Positions 37,525 through 47,226 are shown, numbered from the stretch's first letter. The stretch is 64,000 nt of DNA from an uncultured Clostridia bacterium (GCA_934757865.1 CAKVLS010000003.1:67180-131179); one strand, 5' to 3'. Numbers and translations are program-made. The notes: a model not told the origin generated them from the letters alone.

Positions 37525-38925
37525 TTATTTATCTTGGGTTGGAAGTCCTAGAGAACTTTCGTCTTCATGTTGAAAGTCATTTCTTGGTATTATATATTCC
37601 TCTAGATCCATTTCGTCTCTACCATAGTTTGGTAAAGCTTTAATTTTTGCTTTGCCGTGTTTTGCTACTAGCACGCAATCCATATCGTTAGAGTCTCTGC
37701 ATAATAGAGTACTTTCTTTGTTAGTTAGTTGTGGGTAGAAGTAATTGTTCATAGGAATTATCTCAGTAGTATAAGTGCTATATGCGTGAGAACCTTCTTC
37801 TTGAACAAGCCCATAAACTGCAAAACTATCTCCATAGGTAGCTATAACTTCGTTTTTTCCAAACTTGCGAACTTTTTCGTATCTTGGAGGGATAATTGTA
37901 CCGAAGTCACTTGTTCTAATCAAACCTTGGTAAGTGCCAAATTGATTTTTGATAGTGGTAATGTATGACTCATCATCAGCATACTTAACATCAATAAGTC
38001 CTCTTAGATCAATATTTTCTGCGACACTCCCATCATCGTTTAGAAGTCTTTTTGACTCTCTTATACTATTAAGATACTTTTTCTCGCCATAGAAAGATGG
38101 AGTTATATCTCTTATCTCGCCTTTAGCAGAGAACTTTAATTTTAGAGGTTCAACTGCTTGGTCTTTGGTCAAATCTTGCAAAGTGTATACACAAGATTCA
38201 TTTTCTGATTTTGTGATCAATTCGTCAACATTTAGGTCAAAGTCTGTTACATCAGGAACTGACAAAGTAAATTTTGGTGATTTATTCTTTGGAAGAGCAA
38301 TGCAGTCAAGCCAAGTCTTTTCTGGGCCTTTTCTTGTACGGCTCAAAGTTACTAAGTTGTTTCTTGAAATGTCATATTTGAAGCAGTCTGTAGCAAGCAT
38401 GTGACCAGTAGTTGTTATAATAGATTTTAGGCTATCTGTTTGAGTCAAGAAAATAAGTCCACCCCTAATACATTTGTCAATATCTCCATGGGTATAATTC
38501 TCAAAAAGCTGATTTGAAATTTTGTTACCATCTAGGCTAGATAGTGCAATGTAGTTTGCGTGATGAGATTTTTTGTGAACTTGCTCAACAATTATAGTAT
38601 CTCCCAGTACATCGACTTTACTTATAACTGACATACCAAGGTCATTTCCTATTATTCTGTCATTTTTTGTGATAAAACCACATTCTCCATTTTTGTTAAA
38701 AAAAGTAACTACTCCGTTATAGATATCAAACTCATATATGTCGTTATTAGTTGAGTCCTTAGATGTTATTAGCCTCATTAGACCATTAGCACCTTTTTCG
38801 ATATCAAGGTTAGGTGCAATCTCGTGTATGTCCTTTACCTCAAAAGGCTTTGCATTTTTGTATGGCTCACACATTAAAACATTTTTTTTGAAAGGCCCAA
38901 AACCTTTCTTTTCTAAATAATACAT
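37525..38925 (-). CDS. WG-repeat-like cytoplasmic protein, paralog 1
   Basis: 466 aa with no signal peptide. NGECGFITKNDRIIG and GLIRTSDFGTIIPPRYEKV fit the WG-repeat pattern. Collinear with the neighbouring paralog. Confidence 0.65.
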   Translation of the reverse strand: MYYLEKKGFGPFKKNVLMCEPYKNAKPFEVKDIHEIAPNLDIEKGANGLMRLITSKDSTNNDIYEFDIYNGVVTFFNKNGECGFITKNDRIIGNDLGMSVISKVDVLGDTIIVEQVHKKSHHANYIALSSLDGNKISNQLFENYTHGDIDKCIRGGLIFLTQTDSLKSIITTTGHMLATDCFKYDISRNNLVTLSRTRKGPEKTWLDCIALPKNKSPKFTLSVPDVTDFDLNVDELITKSENESCVYTLQDLTKDQAVEPLKLKFSAKGEIRDITPSFYGEKKYLNSIRESKRLLNDDGSVAENIDLRGLIDVKYADDESYITTIKNQFGTYQGLIRTSDFGTIIPPRYEKVRKFGKNEVIATYGDSFAVYGLVQEEGSHAYSTYTTEIIPMNNYFYPQLTNKESTLLCRDSNDMDCVLVAKHGKAKIKALPNYGRDEMDLEEYIIPRNDFQHEDESSLGLPTQDK

Positions 38926-38970
38926 TTTTTCTCCTTAAAAATAGCAAATTTATTGCTTTCTATCACAAAT

Positions 38971-38999
38971 ATTATACAAAAGGTGTGAACAATAGTCAA
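38971..38999 (-). promoter_or_regulatory. consensus-like promoter (TTGACT-17-TATAAT) for paralog 1
   Basis: Read on the minus strand: TTGACTattgttcacaccttttgTATAAT. Confidence 0.6.
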
Positions 39000-39040
39000 T
39001 ATGCAAATTTTTAGAAATATAACATTTTGACATAAAATTT

Positions 39041-39073
39041 GATAAAAAAAAAGACTTCGTTAAATGAAGTCTT
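39041..39073 (-). terminator. intrinsic terminator after paralog 2
   Basis: AAGACTTC / GAAGTCTT stem with a T-run on the minus strand. Confidence 0.65.
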
Positions 39074-39086
39074 TTTTAATTTTTAA

Positions 39087-40490
39087 TTACTTATCTTGAC
39101 TATGAGCTTCTGCCTCTTCGCCGAAAATTTCGATAAGAGATGCATTTCTTTTACTCTCTAGATAATCCTCATATTTATCAATTGGCATTATAGATACACG
39201 CTTTTTCTCAGGAGCTATAACCATAGTCTCTCCGTTAGAATCTTCGCACATGATTGTGCCTCTTTCGTTAGTTTTGTGTGGACGGAAATAATTGTTTATT
39301 TCTACCTCAACAACTGGCTCTGTTGTGTAAGTGTCTACTGCATGTTTGCCTGCCTTAGTAGGTATTAGTCTTACAAGTTCAAAGGTGTCACCTATAGTTT
39401 CTACAACTCTATTACGGCCAATGTTAGTTACTTTATCATATACTGGTGGAATAATATTAGCAAAGTCATATGTTCTTACCATACCTTGTTTTTGTTTTCC
39501 TTCGCTATTTACTGTTGTTATGATAGAATGCTCATCTGCATACTCAGCATCAACAAGGTTTTTTAGGGCAGGAGATTTGATTGCTTTGCCTTGTTTATCA
39601 AGAAGAGTAGCTTTGCTATCGGTTCTAGTTATATATGTAGTTTCTCCATAGAAAGTATAATTTATCTTAGATACTCTTCCTTTGGTGTCAAACTTATGCT
39701 CAAAAACATCTTTTTTATCTCTATCTCTAGAATTTAAGTTTACATCATATACACTAGATGAGTTATCTTTGTATACGATTAATTCATCATAAGCATAATC
39801 AAAATCTTTAACATTTTTTTGAGTCAAAGTAACTCTTACCTTGCCGTCTGATAGGTCAAATCCTTCAAGCCAAGTTGTATTTGGGTTTACTTCGTCACGG
39901 CTTAGAGTTAGTAGGTTGTGGTTAATACACTCATAGCGAGAACAGTCTGTTGTAAGCAAAGTACCATCTCTTGCTATCAAAGTTTTTTCACCATTATATT
40001 GTTCTAAGAAAATAACATCACTCTTGATGCCATTTGCTTTGTCCCCGCAATGATAACTTTTATAAATATCGTTTATTATAGGTTCTCCAGAGTTTGCATC
40101 AAAAGGTACATAAGCTTTTATACGAGATCTGTCGTGAATAATTTTTGCAACGACAACATCTCCGATTACCTCTATTGTACCCATAGTTGCATTTTCATGA
40201 GCTGTGGTAGGAACAACCTTGCCTGACTTGGCAATAAATCCCCATTGACCATCAGTATCAAGATAAGTGATACAGTTGTCAAAAACATCTATAGCATAGA
40301 TATTAGTATTGGTGCAACCCTTTGAAGTTGTTAACTGCATACAGCCATTTTCGGTAGGTCTTAGGTCAACTCCTTCTGGTAAAATTTGCTCTCCTGATTT
40401 TATTACTCTTGGTTTTTCGTTGTGTCCAAAAGTCTCACACAATTTCATTTTTTTGAAAGGCCCAAACCCGGTCTTTACATACTTAAACAT
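39087..40490 (-). CDS. WG-repeat-like cytoplasmic protein, paralog 2
   Basis: 467 aa. DGQWGFIAKSGKVV and GMVRTYDFANIIPPVYDKV. Shares the N-terminal GFGPFKK and the C-terminal QDK with paralog 1. Confidence 0.65.
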   Translation of the reverse strand: MFKYVKTGFGPFKKMKLCETFGHNEKPRVIKSGEQILPEGVDLRPTENGCMQLTTSKGCTNTNIYAIDVFDNCITYLDTDGQWGFIAKSGKVVPTTAHENATMGTIEVIGDVVVAKIIHDRSRIKAYVPFDANSGEPIINDIYKSYHCGDKANGIKSDVIFLEQYNGEKTLIARDGTLLTTDCSRYECINHNLLTLSRDEVNPNTTWLEGFDLSDGKVRVTLTQKNVKDFDYAYDELIVYKDNSSSVYDVNLNSRDRDKKDVFEHKFDTKGRVSKINYTFYGETTYITRTDSKATLLDKQGKAIKSPALKNLVDAEYADEHSIITTVNSEGKQKQGMVRTYDFANIIPPVYDKVTNIGRNRVVETIGDTFELVRLIPTKAGKHAVDTYTTEPVVEVEINNYFRPHKTNERGTIMCEDSNGETMVIAPEKKRVSIMPIDKYEDYLESKRNASLIEIFGEEAEAHSQDK

Positions 40491-40539
40491 TTTATCTCTC
40501 CTAAAACAGCCTAATTGGCCATTTATTTATTGTACAATT

Positions 40540-40568
40540 ATTATACAACATGTTATTATTTTCGTCAA
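40540..40568 (-). promoter_or_regulatory. consensus-like promoter (TTGACG-17-TATAAT) for paralog 2
   Basis: Read on the minus strand: TTGACGaaaataataacatgttgTATAAT. Confidence 0.6.
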
Positions 40569-40583
40569 GATGGGTAAACCCCG

Positions 40584-40651
40584 TTTTTTGCATTTTGGGT
40601 CAAAATACCCTCAAAAATGGCTATTTTTGATGTATTTTTGGGCTGTTTTTT
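40584..40651. repeat. 11-bp phased A/T-tract array
   Basis: Tracts begin at 40602, 40613, 40624, 40635 and 40646 (period 11), with further tracts at 40584 and 40593. The array lies just upstream of the paralog 2 promoter. Confidence 0.5.
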
Positions 40652-40693
40652 GAAAAGAAAAATTAGACTAGTCAATTTTTTTGACCAGTCTAA
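40651..40693 (-). terminator. intrinsic terminator after nrdG
   Basis: 13-bp stem TTAGACTGGTCAA / TTGACTAGTCTAA (one G-U pair) followed by TTTTTCTTTT on the minus strand. Confidence 0.6.
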
Positions 40694-40711
40694 TAAGTTT
40701 TTTATTAAGTT

Positions 40712-41206
40712 TTAGTCTACGGTATGAAGTACGATTTTGCCAGTTTTAAGAGTGTCTTTTACATCAATTACTCTTTGATTTGAGCTGCCTTTCCACTTTA
40801 ATTTTGGGTCGTGCAAAGCCCTTACAAACTCGCCATCAACCAATATATCTATTAGGTTTATGTTAGGTAAGTCTTTGATTTCTTCCCACTTAAAACCTGT
40901 GTAAAGCCAAATATCTTTGTTTGGATATTTTTCGCTTACTTCTTTTACGAAAGCAAGTACTGTATCTCTGTTTTCGCAAAATAGTGGGTCCCCACCGCTA
41001 AATGTGATTCCTTGGATATAGTCTTTGTCTAACTCATCAAAAATTTCTTTTTTTGCAGCGTCGTCAAATTTAACTCCGCCTTTTTTGTTCCAGGTGTAAG
41101 AGTTATGACAACCATCACAACAGTGGTCACAACCTGCAACCCAAAGGACAACTCTTAGTCCATCTCCGTTAACCATATCGTCTTTTGTAATGCTATAATA
41201 GTTCAT
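40712..41206 (-). CDS. nrdG: anaerobic ribonucleoside-triphosphate reductase activating protein
   Basis: 164 aa. GDGLRVVLWVAGCDHCCDGCHN radical-SAM cluster motif, directly downstream of nrdD. Confidence 0.85.
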   Translation of the reverse strand: MNYYSITKDDMVNGDGLRVVLWVAGCDHCCDGCHNSYTWNKKGGVKFDDAAKKEIFDELDKDYIQGITFSGGDPLFCENRDTVLAFVKEVSEKYPNKDIWLYTGFKWEEIKDLPNINLIDILVDGEFVRALHDPKLKWKGSSNQRVIDVKDTLKTGKIVLHTVD

Positions 41207-41216
41207 AATTTTTCTC

Positions 41217-43367
41217 CTACATAGAAACTCTATCTCTTATCTCGGCTAGTTTGCCATCGTTCATGAAGCTTCTGCCTTTTACCTTAGAGTAGCCTAGGTA
41301 TCCGCAAACTCTATTTACTTCTGTTATATCTTCGCTACCACATTTTGGACATTTGACCATATCTAGTTGCTCATATCCACAATGCTCGCAGTAGCATTTA
41401 TCCATATTAACACCTTGATAGAAGCCCATAGCCATACCTCTTCTAATGATAGCTTTTAGAGCCTCAATGTTGTAGTCAATAGGGTACTTAGTATAAGTAA
41501 TCTTTCCGCCATTTGATAGCTCCCAGAATCTCTTTTCTAGGTCTTGCTTTTGGATAGGTGTGATATGCTCGCCTACATGGCAGTGGAAACTGTTAGTAAA
41601 GTATTCTTTATCCGAAACGCCCTCAATAACGCCGTACATATCTCTAAATTGTTTAACTTGAAGAGATATTAAACTCTCAGCAGGTGTGCCGTATATAGCG
41701 TATAAGATGTGGTCTTCTTCTTTTATCTTAGCGATATAGTCGTTAAGGTATTGCATTACTTCTAGTGCAAATTGTCCGTCTTCTACGATTGACTTGCCGT
41801 TGTATAGTCTTTGAAGTTCGTTAAGAGCAGTATAACCAAAGCTAAATGTTACATAATCAAGTAGAGGAGCGATTGGGTCAGTTGCTTTTAGGTGACCTTT
41901 GTACAAGCCGCCTTCCATAAATGCAAGTGGGCTCTTAGCAGCTTTTAGTTTGCCAAGAAAATCTTTTGTTCTTTGGTGAAGATGTCTAATCATCTCAAGA
42001 TAGTGATGGTAAACTTCATAGAAGTCTTTTCCTTCAGTCTTTGCCTTCATAAATATCATAGGAAGGTTAAGAGTGATAGCTCCGCCATTGAATCTACCAA
42101 CAAAAACAGGAACATCTTTGTCATCGGCTGGGTGTTGACCGCCTCTTTCCCAATATGGAGAAAGGAAAGCTCTGCAACCCATAGGAGAAATAACCTTGCC
42201 ATACTTTTTGTACATGCTCGCGATATATCCCTCGCCGCTCATGCTTAGGTAGTCTGGGTATTGTGCTTTTGATGAGCACTCTACGGCTGCGTCAAATAGG
42301 TCTTCTAACTCTTTGCCTTTGCCGTGAACATTTTCGTCATATAAGAATACTAGTTTTGGAAACAAAACAGCCTTTTTGAATCCGGGAGCACCTTGACCAC
42401 CAGCTCTTACTTTTAGCATAGCTTTAGTTGCCATTTTCTCAAAGTCGCCACCACCTAGGCCAAATGTAAATGTAACAAATGGGTAGTCGCCACGAGAAGA
42501 GCCTACAGTGTTTAGCTTATATTCAAGAGCTTGGAAACCTTGCTCAAAATCTCTCTTTACTTTGTTATAAGCGTATTCTTTGGTCTTTTCTTCTAGCTCT
42601 TTTTCGCTTAGAGTAGAGCCAAAGTCTTTAACTATCTTTTTGTACTCATCACAGTATTTAACATAGCTCTTTTGTGCATAAGGAGCTAAAACTTTATCAA
42701 CTTCTGGCAAAGTAAAACCGCCATATTGTTGGCTAGCTGCAGCCATGATAACATCGCCTAGTACGTTAAAGGTAATAGCTAGGGTAGTAGGCTCTGTGTA
42801 CTTGATGTTACCTAGCTCAAAGCCTCCGCTAAGAACAGCAGCTACATCAAATAGGCAGCAGTTATAGGTGTCAAGTCTTGCACTACGGTCGTGGATATAT
42901 ATGTATCCCTCTTTCATAGCTTGTCTTTCTTCTGGCATCAAGAAGAACTTTTTGTAAAACTCGCCGTTAAGTTCGTTCCAGCCAAGGCAACGCTTAGTTG
43001 ATACAAGTGTGCTGTCGGTGTTGGCGTTACTTCTATCGCCGATAAAGTCAATGCTTTGAACTTTTTGGTATACATTATCTAGCATTTTTACAAAGTCTTG
43101 ACGATAGTTACGATAATCTTTGTAACTCTTCGCAACTCTTTCATCTACGCTCTCTAGTGCCTTTTCTACAATGTTGTGCATGGTAGGAATAGGTATCTCT
43201 TTTAGTCCTAGAGATTTAACCTCGCCGTTAACAAAATTTCTAATTCTGTCAAGGTCCTCTTCGTTGAAGGTAATTAGTGCTCTAGACGCACTTTTGCTGA
43301 TAGCAGCGATAACCTTTTCTACATTATAGTCTTCTCTTGTTCCATCTTTTTTTATGACTTTTATCAT
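41217..43367 (-). CDS. nrdD: anaerobic (class III) ribonucleoside-triphosphate reductase
   Basis: N-terminal ATP-cone (VIKKDGTREDYNVEKV), C-terminal CEHCG...CPKCG zinc site and a RVCGYLG glycyl-radical motif. Start at the ATG after AAGGAGGA. Confidence 0.95.
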   Translation of the reverse strand: MIKVIKKDGTREDYNVEKVIAAISKSASRALITFNEEDLDRIRNFVNGEVKSLGLKEIPIPTMHNIVEKALESVDERVAKSYKDYRNYRQDFVKMLDNVYQKVQSIDFIGDRSNANTDSTLVSTKRCLGWNELNGEFYKKFFLMPEERQAMKEGYIYIHDRSARLDTYNCCLFDVAAVLSGGFELGNIKYTEPTTLAITFNVLGDVIMAAASQQYGGFTLPEVDKVLAPYAQKSYVKYCDEYKKIVKDFGSTLSEKELEEKTKEYAYNKVKRDFEQGFQALEYKLNTVGSSRGDYPFVTFTFGLGGGDFEKMATKAMLKVRAGGQGAPGFKKAVLFPKLVFLYDENVHGKGKELEDLFDAAVECSSKAQYPDYLSMSGEGYIASMYKKYGKVISPMGCRAFLSPYWERGGQHPADDKDVPVFVGRFNGGAITLNLPMIFMKAKTEGKDFYEVYHHYLEMIRHLHQRTKDFLGKLKAAKSPLAFMEGGLYKGHLKATDPIAPLLDYVTFSFGYTALNELQRLYNGKSIVEDGQFALEVMQYLNDYIAKIKEEDHILYAIYGTPAESLISLQVKQFRDMYGVIEGVSDKEYFTNSFHCHVGEHITPIQKQDLEKRFWELSNGGKITYTKYPIDYNIEALKAIIRRGMAMGFYQGVNMDKCYCEHCGYEQLDMVKCPKCGSEDITEVNRVCGYLGYSKVKGRSFMNDGKLAEIRDRVSM

Positions 43368-43389
43368 AGTATCCTCCTTAGATGCCAAA

Positions 43390-43405
43390 ACACAATATAT
43401 TGTGG
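43390..43405 (-). promoter_or_regulatory. NrdR-box-like palindrome (aCACAATATATTGTGg)
   Basis: A perfect 14-bp palindrome matching the acaCwAtATaTwGtgt consensus, between a TTGCCT-17-TATAAA promoter and the nrdD RBS. A weaker copy (CATATAGTAGTTGTG on the minus strand) lies about 28 bp upstream. Confidence 0.55.
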
Positions 43406-43774
43406 TCTTATGTTTGCCACAACTACTATATGCCATATTTATAGCACAAGTATATAATATAGGCAATATATTTTAATCAAAAAAAATCTATAAAAATTTG
43501 GTCAAAAACGCTTGCTTTTTTTTGAACGCAAAAAAGGTGTCAAAAAATGCCCAAAAATAGGGGGTTTTTGGCTCAAAATGATTAAAACTCAAAAATAGCA
43601 ATTTTTTGGCTAAAAAAATAAATTTTTGGTCGACCAATTGGTTCGTTATAAAAACATAATTAAAAACAAATTTTGAATAATTTTTGAACTATTTTTTGCA
43701 AAAATATTCTAAAATATTTTGTGTAAAGTAGTAAAAAATTTGCGTTTGTGTTACAATATTTTTAGAGGTAAAAT

Positions 43775-44311
43775 ATGAAATTAGTTATTGCATCGGATAT
43801 ACATGGCTCTTATTATTATGCCAAGAAGCTTATAGATAGATTTGAGAGTGAGAAGGGTGACAAACTATTGCTTTTGGGCGACTTTTATTATCACGGTCCA
43901 CGCAATCCACTACCTAACGAGTATAACCCTATGAAAGTTGCAGAGCTGCTTAACAAGTACACTGACAAAATTGTCGCAATAAAAGGTAACTGTGATAGCG
44001 AGGTAGATGAGATGATATCTAACTTCAAAATGCAAAACCTTGTTAACTTACCTTACGAAGGTAAAACTATAACACTAACTCATGGACACAAGTATGACAA
44101 AAACAACTTTCCACCTTTTGTGGGGGATATATTTTTGTATGGGCATTACCATGTGCCTTTTATTGAAGAAAAAGACGGAGTAATAGTTGCAAGCCCAGGC
44201 TCTACATCACTACCTAAGGGAGGTAGCAAAAATAGTTATATGACAATCGAAAATAATACTATTATAATCAAAAGCCTTGATGGCGAAATTTTGATGAAAA
44301 AGCAGTTCTAA
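43775..44311 (+). CDS. YfcE-like metallophosphoesterase (MJ0936 family)
   Basis: ASDIHGS, GDFYYHGPRNPLP, GNCD and GHYH motifs. 178 aa. Extended -10 TGTTACAAT upstream. Confidence 0.8.
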   Translation: MKLVIASDIHGSYYYAKKLIDRFESEKGDKLLLLGDFYYHGPRNPLPNEYNPMKVAELLNKYTDKIVAIKGNCDSEVDEMISNFKMQNLVNLPYEGKTITLTHGHKYDKNNFPPFVGDIFLYGHYHVPFIEEKDGVIVASPGSTSLPKGGSKNSYMTIENNTIIIKSLDGEILMKKQF

Positions 44312-44451
44312 ATAAAGTTCCAAAAGTAAAAATACTTTTGGAACTTTTATTTTTTTAACTTTTGATTATTGACAGTAGTATGTCGTTGTTATATTATAAT
44401 TTTACTAGTATATATAATATTATATGAAATCTAATAAAAAGGGGAAAAGTT

Positions 44452-46287
44452 GTGACTGAAGAAGAACTAAAAAAGAAAAAAATAAAAAAGCCAAAAGAAC
44501 CAAAAAAACCTAACAAACTAAAAGGCTACAAAGGTCTTAGGAAGTTGGTACCTTTTTATAAGAGATACAGCGGATTATTTTTTGCGACAATGCTTACTCT
44601 TATACTTAGTGCAGTTATCAACTTATTTTCACCTATTTTTAGTGCTAACGCACTAGCAAGCTTGTCTGAGTACAAGTATGACCAAGCACTTTTGTTTGCG
44701 ATGCTAGTTATAGCAGTTAGACTACTTGTAGAGATAGCTAACTATCTTCATAACATCTGTTATGTTAAGATGGATTGCAAAGTCGTCTTTGATATCAAGA
44801 CAACACTTATTAGAGCGATAACTTCTACCACTATGAGAAAGAGCGATAAGACTAATAGCGGCGTATATATTGAGAGACTTAACGAGGACTCTAACAAATG
44901 CTCTGATGTCCTTATGGATATAATGAGCGTTTTTCTTGATGTTATATCAAACTTAGCCTTCCTTATCTACATAGCTTTTCTTAATATCTGGTTCTTCTTA
45001 GCACTAGTTGCTTATGTACTTGTGCTTTGGGTATTTGATAGCAAAAAAGAAAGAATGTGGTATATCCAAAGAAAGAAGTTTAGAGAGACAAGAGAAATAG
45101 CAACCGGTACATACAATGAGCAAGTTAGAGGCCTAAGAGATATCAAGAGCCTTAATATTAGGAATAACACAATAAGGGATTCTGGTAATAAGTTTGAGGA
45201 CGCTTTGGCTATACACAAACTTTCAAGATTTACCCGTAGAAAATGGGTGTTTATTCGTAACGCAGTAGCTATCGTGTTTGAGGTTGGATTCTTTGTTATG
45301 GGTATTTTGTTTATAAAAAACAGCCTAATAACCCTTGCTAACTTCTTAGTTATCTACATGTACCACGGCAATGTAAGAGGTTTGACTAACTACTTTGCTA
45401 TGATCAAACAATACGCCATAGAGGGCGAGCTTGCTGCTCAAAGAGTCTTTGAAGTTATTGACGAGTTTCCAAAAGAGCAATTTGGTCAAAACACTATCGA
45501 AAAAGTTGATGGCAAGATTGAATTTAGAGATGTAACATTTGCGTATGACGAGGGCGAAAATGTCCTTGAACACTTAGACTTAACATTTGAGCCAAATAAG
45601 ACAACTGCAGTTGTAGGAAAAAGCGGCAGCGGTAAGTCGACAATTTTGGCACTTATCAATAAACTATATACAGTAACTGACGGGACAATAACACTTGACG
45701 GACAAGATATTAACACACTTACTGAGGACACTATAAGGAATAACATCGGTATAGTTACCCAAACTCCATATATCTTCAATAGAACAATAAGAGAAAATCT
45801 TTTGTTCATCAAGCCAGACGCCACAGAAGAAGAAATGATATCTGCCTTAAAGCGTGCCCAAATATATAACTTTGTTAAGAAGTTAGACAAAGGCTTAGAC
45901 AGCTTGGTAGGCGAAAATGGTGTTATGTTGTCCGGCGGTCAAAAGCAAAGAATAGCCATAGCTCGTATACTACTAAAAAATAGTAAAATAATAGTATTTG
46001 ACGAGGCAACTAGTGCACTAGACAATGAGAGTCAAGGACTAATCGTTAAGGCAATAGATAGCCTTAAGAAAAATCACACTATAATAATTGTAGCACACAG
46101 ATTGTCTACAATTGTTGGTGCGGACAATATAGTAGTTTTGGACGGCGGCAAAATCTTAGCCCAAGGCACACACGAAGAATTGTTCAAAAAGTGCAAAATG
46201 TACAAAGACCTATATAAGAGCGAAGAGACAAGAGTAGAGTTAGAGGGCAAACTTGAAAAAGTAAATGAGATAAATACTGTTTTTTAA
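44452..46287 (+). CDS. ABC exporter, fused permease/ATPase (MsbA/MdlB-like)
   Basis: Six-TM domain plus Walker A GKSGSGKST, signature LSGGQKQRIAIAR and Walker B IIVFDEATS. GTG start after GGGGA. Confidence 0.9.
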   Translation: MTEEELKKKKIKKPKEPKKPNKLKGYKGLRKLVPFYKRYSGLFFATMLTLILSAVINLFSPIFSANALASLSEYKYDQALLFAMLVIAVRLLVEIANYLHNICYVKMDCKVVFDIKTTLIRAITSTTMRKSDKTNSGVYIERLNEDSNKCSDVLMDIMSVFLDVISNLAFLIYIAFLNIWFFLALVAYVLVLWVFDSKKERMWYIQRKKFRETREIATGTYNEQVRGLRDIKSLNIRNNTIRDSGNKFEDALAIHKLSRFTRRKWVFIRNAVAIVFEVGFFVMGILFIKNSLITLANFLVIYMYHGNVRGLTNYFAMIKQYAIEGELAAQRVFEVIDEFPKEQFGQNTIEKVDGKIEFRDVTFAYDEGENVLEHLDLTFEPNKTTAVVGKSGSGKSTILALINKLYTVTDGTITLDGQDINTLTEDTIRNNIGIVTQTPYIFNRTIRENLLFIKPDATEEEMISALKRAQIYNFVKKLDKGLDSLVGENGVMLSGGQKQRIAIARILLKNSKIIVFDEATSALDNESQGLIVKAIDSLKKNHTIIIVAHRLSTIVGADNIVVLDGGKILAQGTHEELFKKCKMYKDLYKSEETRVELEGKLEKVNEINTVF

Positions 46288-46300
46288 TCATAATAGCAAC

Positions 46301-46338
46301 AAAAAAATGCAAGCTAAAATTTTAGCTTGCATTTTTGT
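46301..46338. terminator. bidirectional intrinsic terminator
   Basis: AAATGCAAGCTAAAA / TTTTAGCTTGCATTT perfect palindrome between A and T runs. Confidence 0.75.
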
Positions 46339-46344
46339 TATAAA

Positions 46345-47226
46345 TTATTTTTCTTGTGGTGTATCTATTGTGTAATAAAATGTTTGACCGCAAGAATTAT
46401 CTAATTCTTCTTTGCGGGCGTTAGCTTCTAAGATAAGAGACATCTTAGGTAGCTCAAACTCTTTTTGATAATTTCTATCTGTTAGTAAGGTTTGGTCTTG
46501 CATAAATCCAGCACCATAACCTTTTCCTTGCATTATTGCCTCGCTATCGCTGCCATTTAGTATACCTTTTTCATAAGTGCTGTCACAATATAATGTTTTA
46601 CCATCAAGATTGACTTCTACCATTGCATGGTCGCCAAGTCCAATAACTTTTGAATCAATACCAATTTTTTCGAACATATATGAAATAGTGCATGCATCAC
46701 TAAGGCAAGTGCCTGCATGGTTGCGAAGTCCATAATAAACTTCTTTCATAAGTTCTCTATTGATGTCGTCATGATAAATATTCTTTGAAGCAACTCTCAT
46801 AAATTGTGTTAATACTTTGTCATATGCTATATCGCTAGTAACATGATCAAAAACTCTTCTTGCATAGTCAAGTTTTTCGTCTATGCTTTCGCTGCCGTCA
46901 ATCTCTATGCCACAGCCAGAAAAAATTTGTTCAATCTCATCATCAATGCCGTTTACAATATCGCGAGTGCTTTTCCCTTCAAAGGTGCTTTCCATCAAGT
47001 CGTAGTATTTTCTTAGTGCAGAATTTTTTATCATCTCAATGGCTTTTTCTTCAAGGGTCTTTTCTTTTGGACTGTCTGTATTCATAATAGGCTTAGGGCT
47101 AAATTGTTTGCCTTCGTCTTTTACTTCTGTGGTAGTTTCTGGTGATTTAGTGCCGCCAAGTTCATCTTTACTGATTTTGCCAACAACTGGCTTATCTTTC
47201 TTTTTTCTTTTTAGAAATTCGAACAT
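46345..47226 (-). CDS. transglutaminase-like (papain-fold Cys-His-Asp) protein
   Basis: GTCLSDACTISYMF (Cys), GDHAMVEV (His) and YCDSTY (Asp), in the order and spacing of the transglutaminase core. Start at the second ATG, after GGGAGA. Confidence 0.55.
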   Translation of the reverse strand: MFEFLKRKKKDKPVVGKISKDELGGTKSPETTTEVKDEGKQFSPKPIMNTDSPKEKTLEEKAIEMIKNSALRKYYDLMESTFEGKSTRDIVNGIDDEIEQIFSGCGIEIDGSESIDEKLDYARRVFDHVTSDIAYDKVLTQFMRVASKNIYHDDINRELMKEVYYGLRNHAGTCLSDACTISYMFEKIGIDSKVIGLGDHAMVEVNLDGKTLYCDSTYEKGILNGSDSEAIMQGKGYGAGFMQDQTLLTDRNYQKEFELPKMSLILEANARKEELDNSCGQTFYYTIDTPQEK

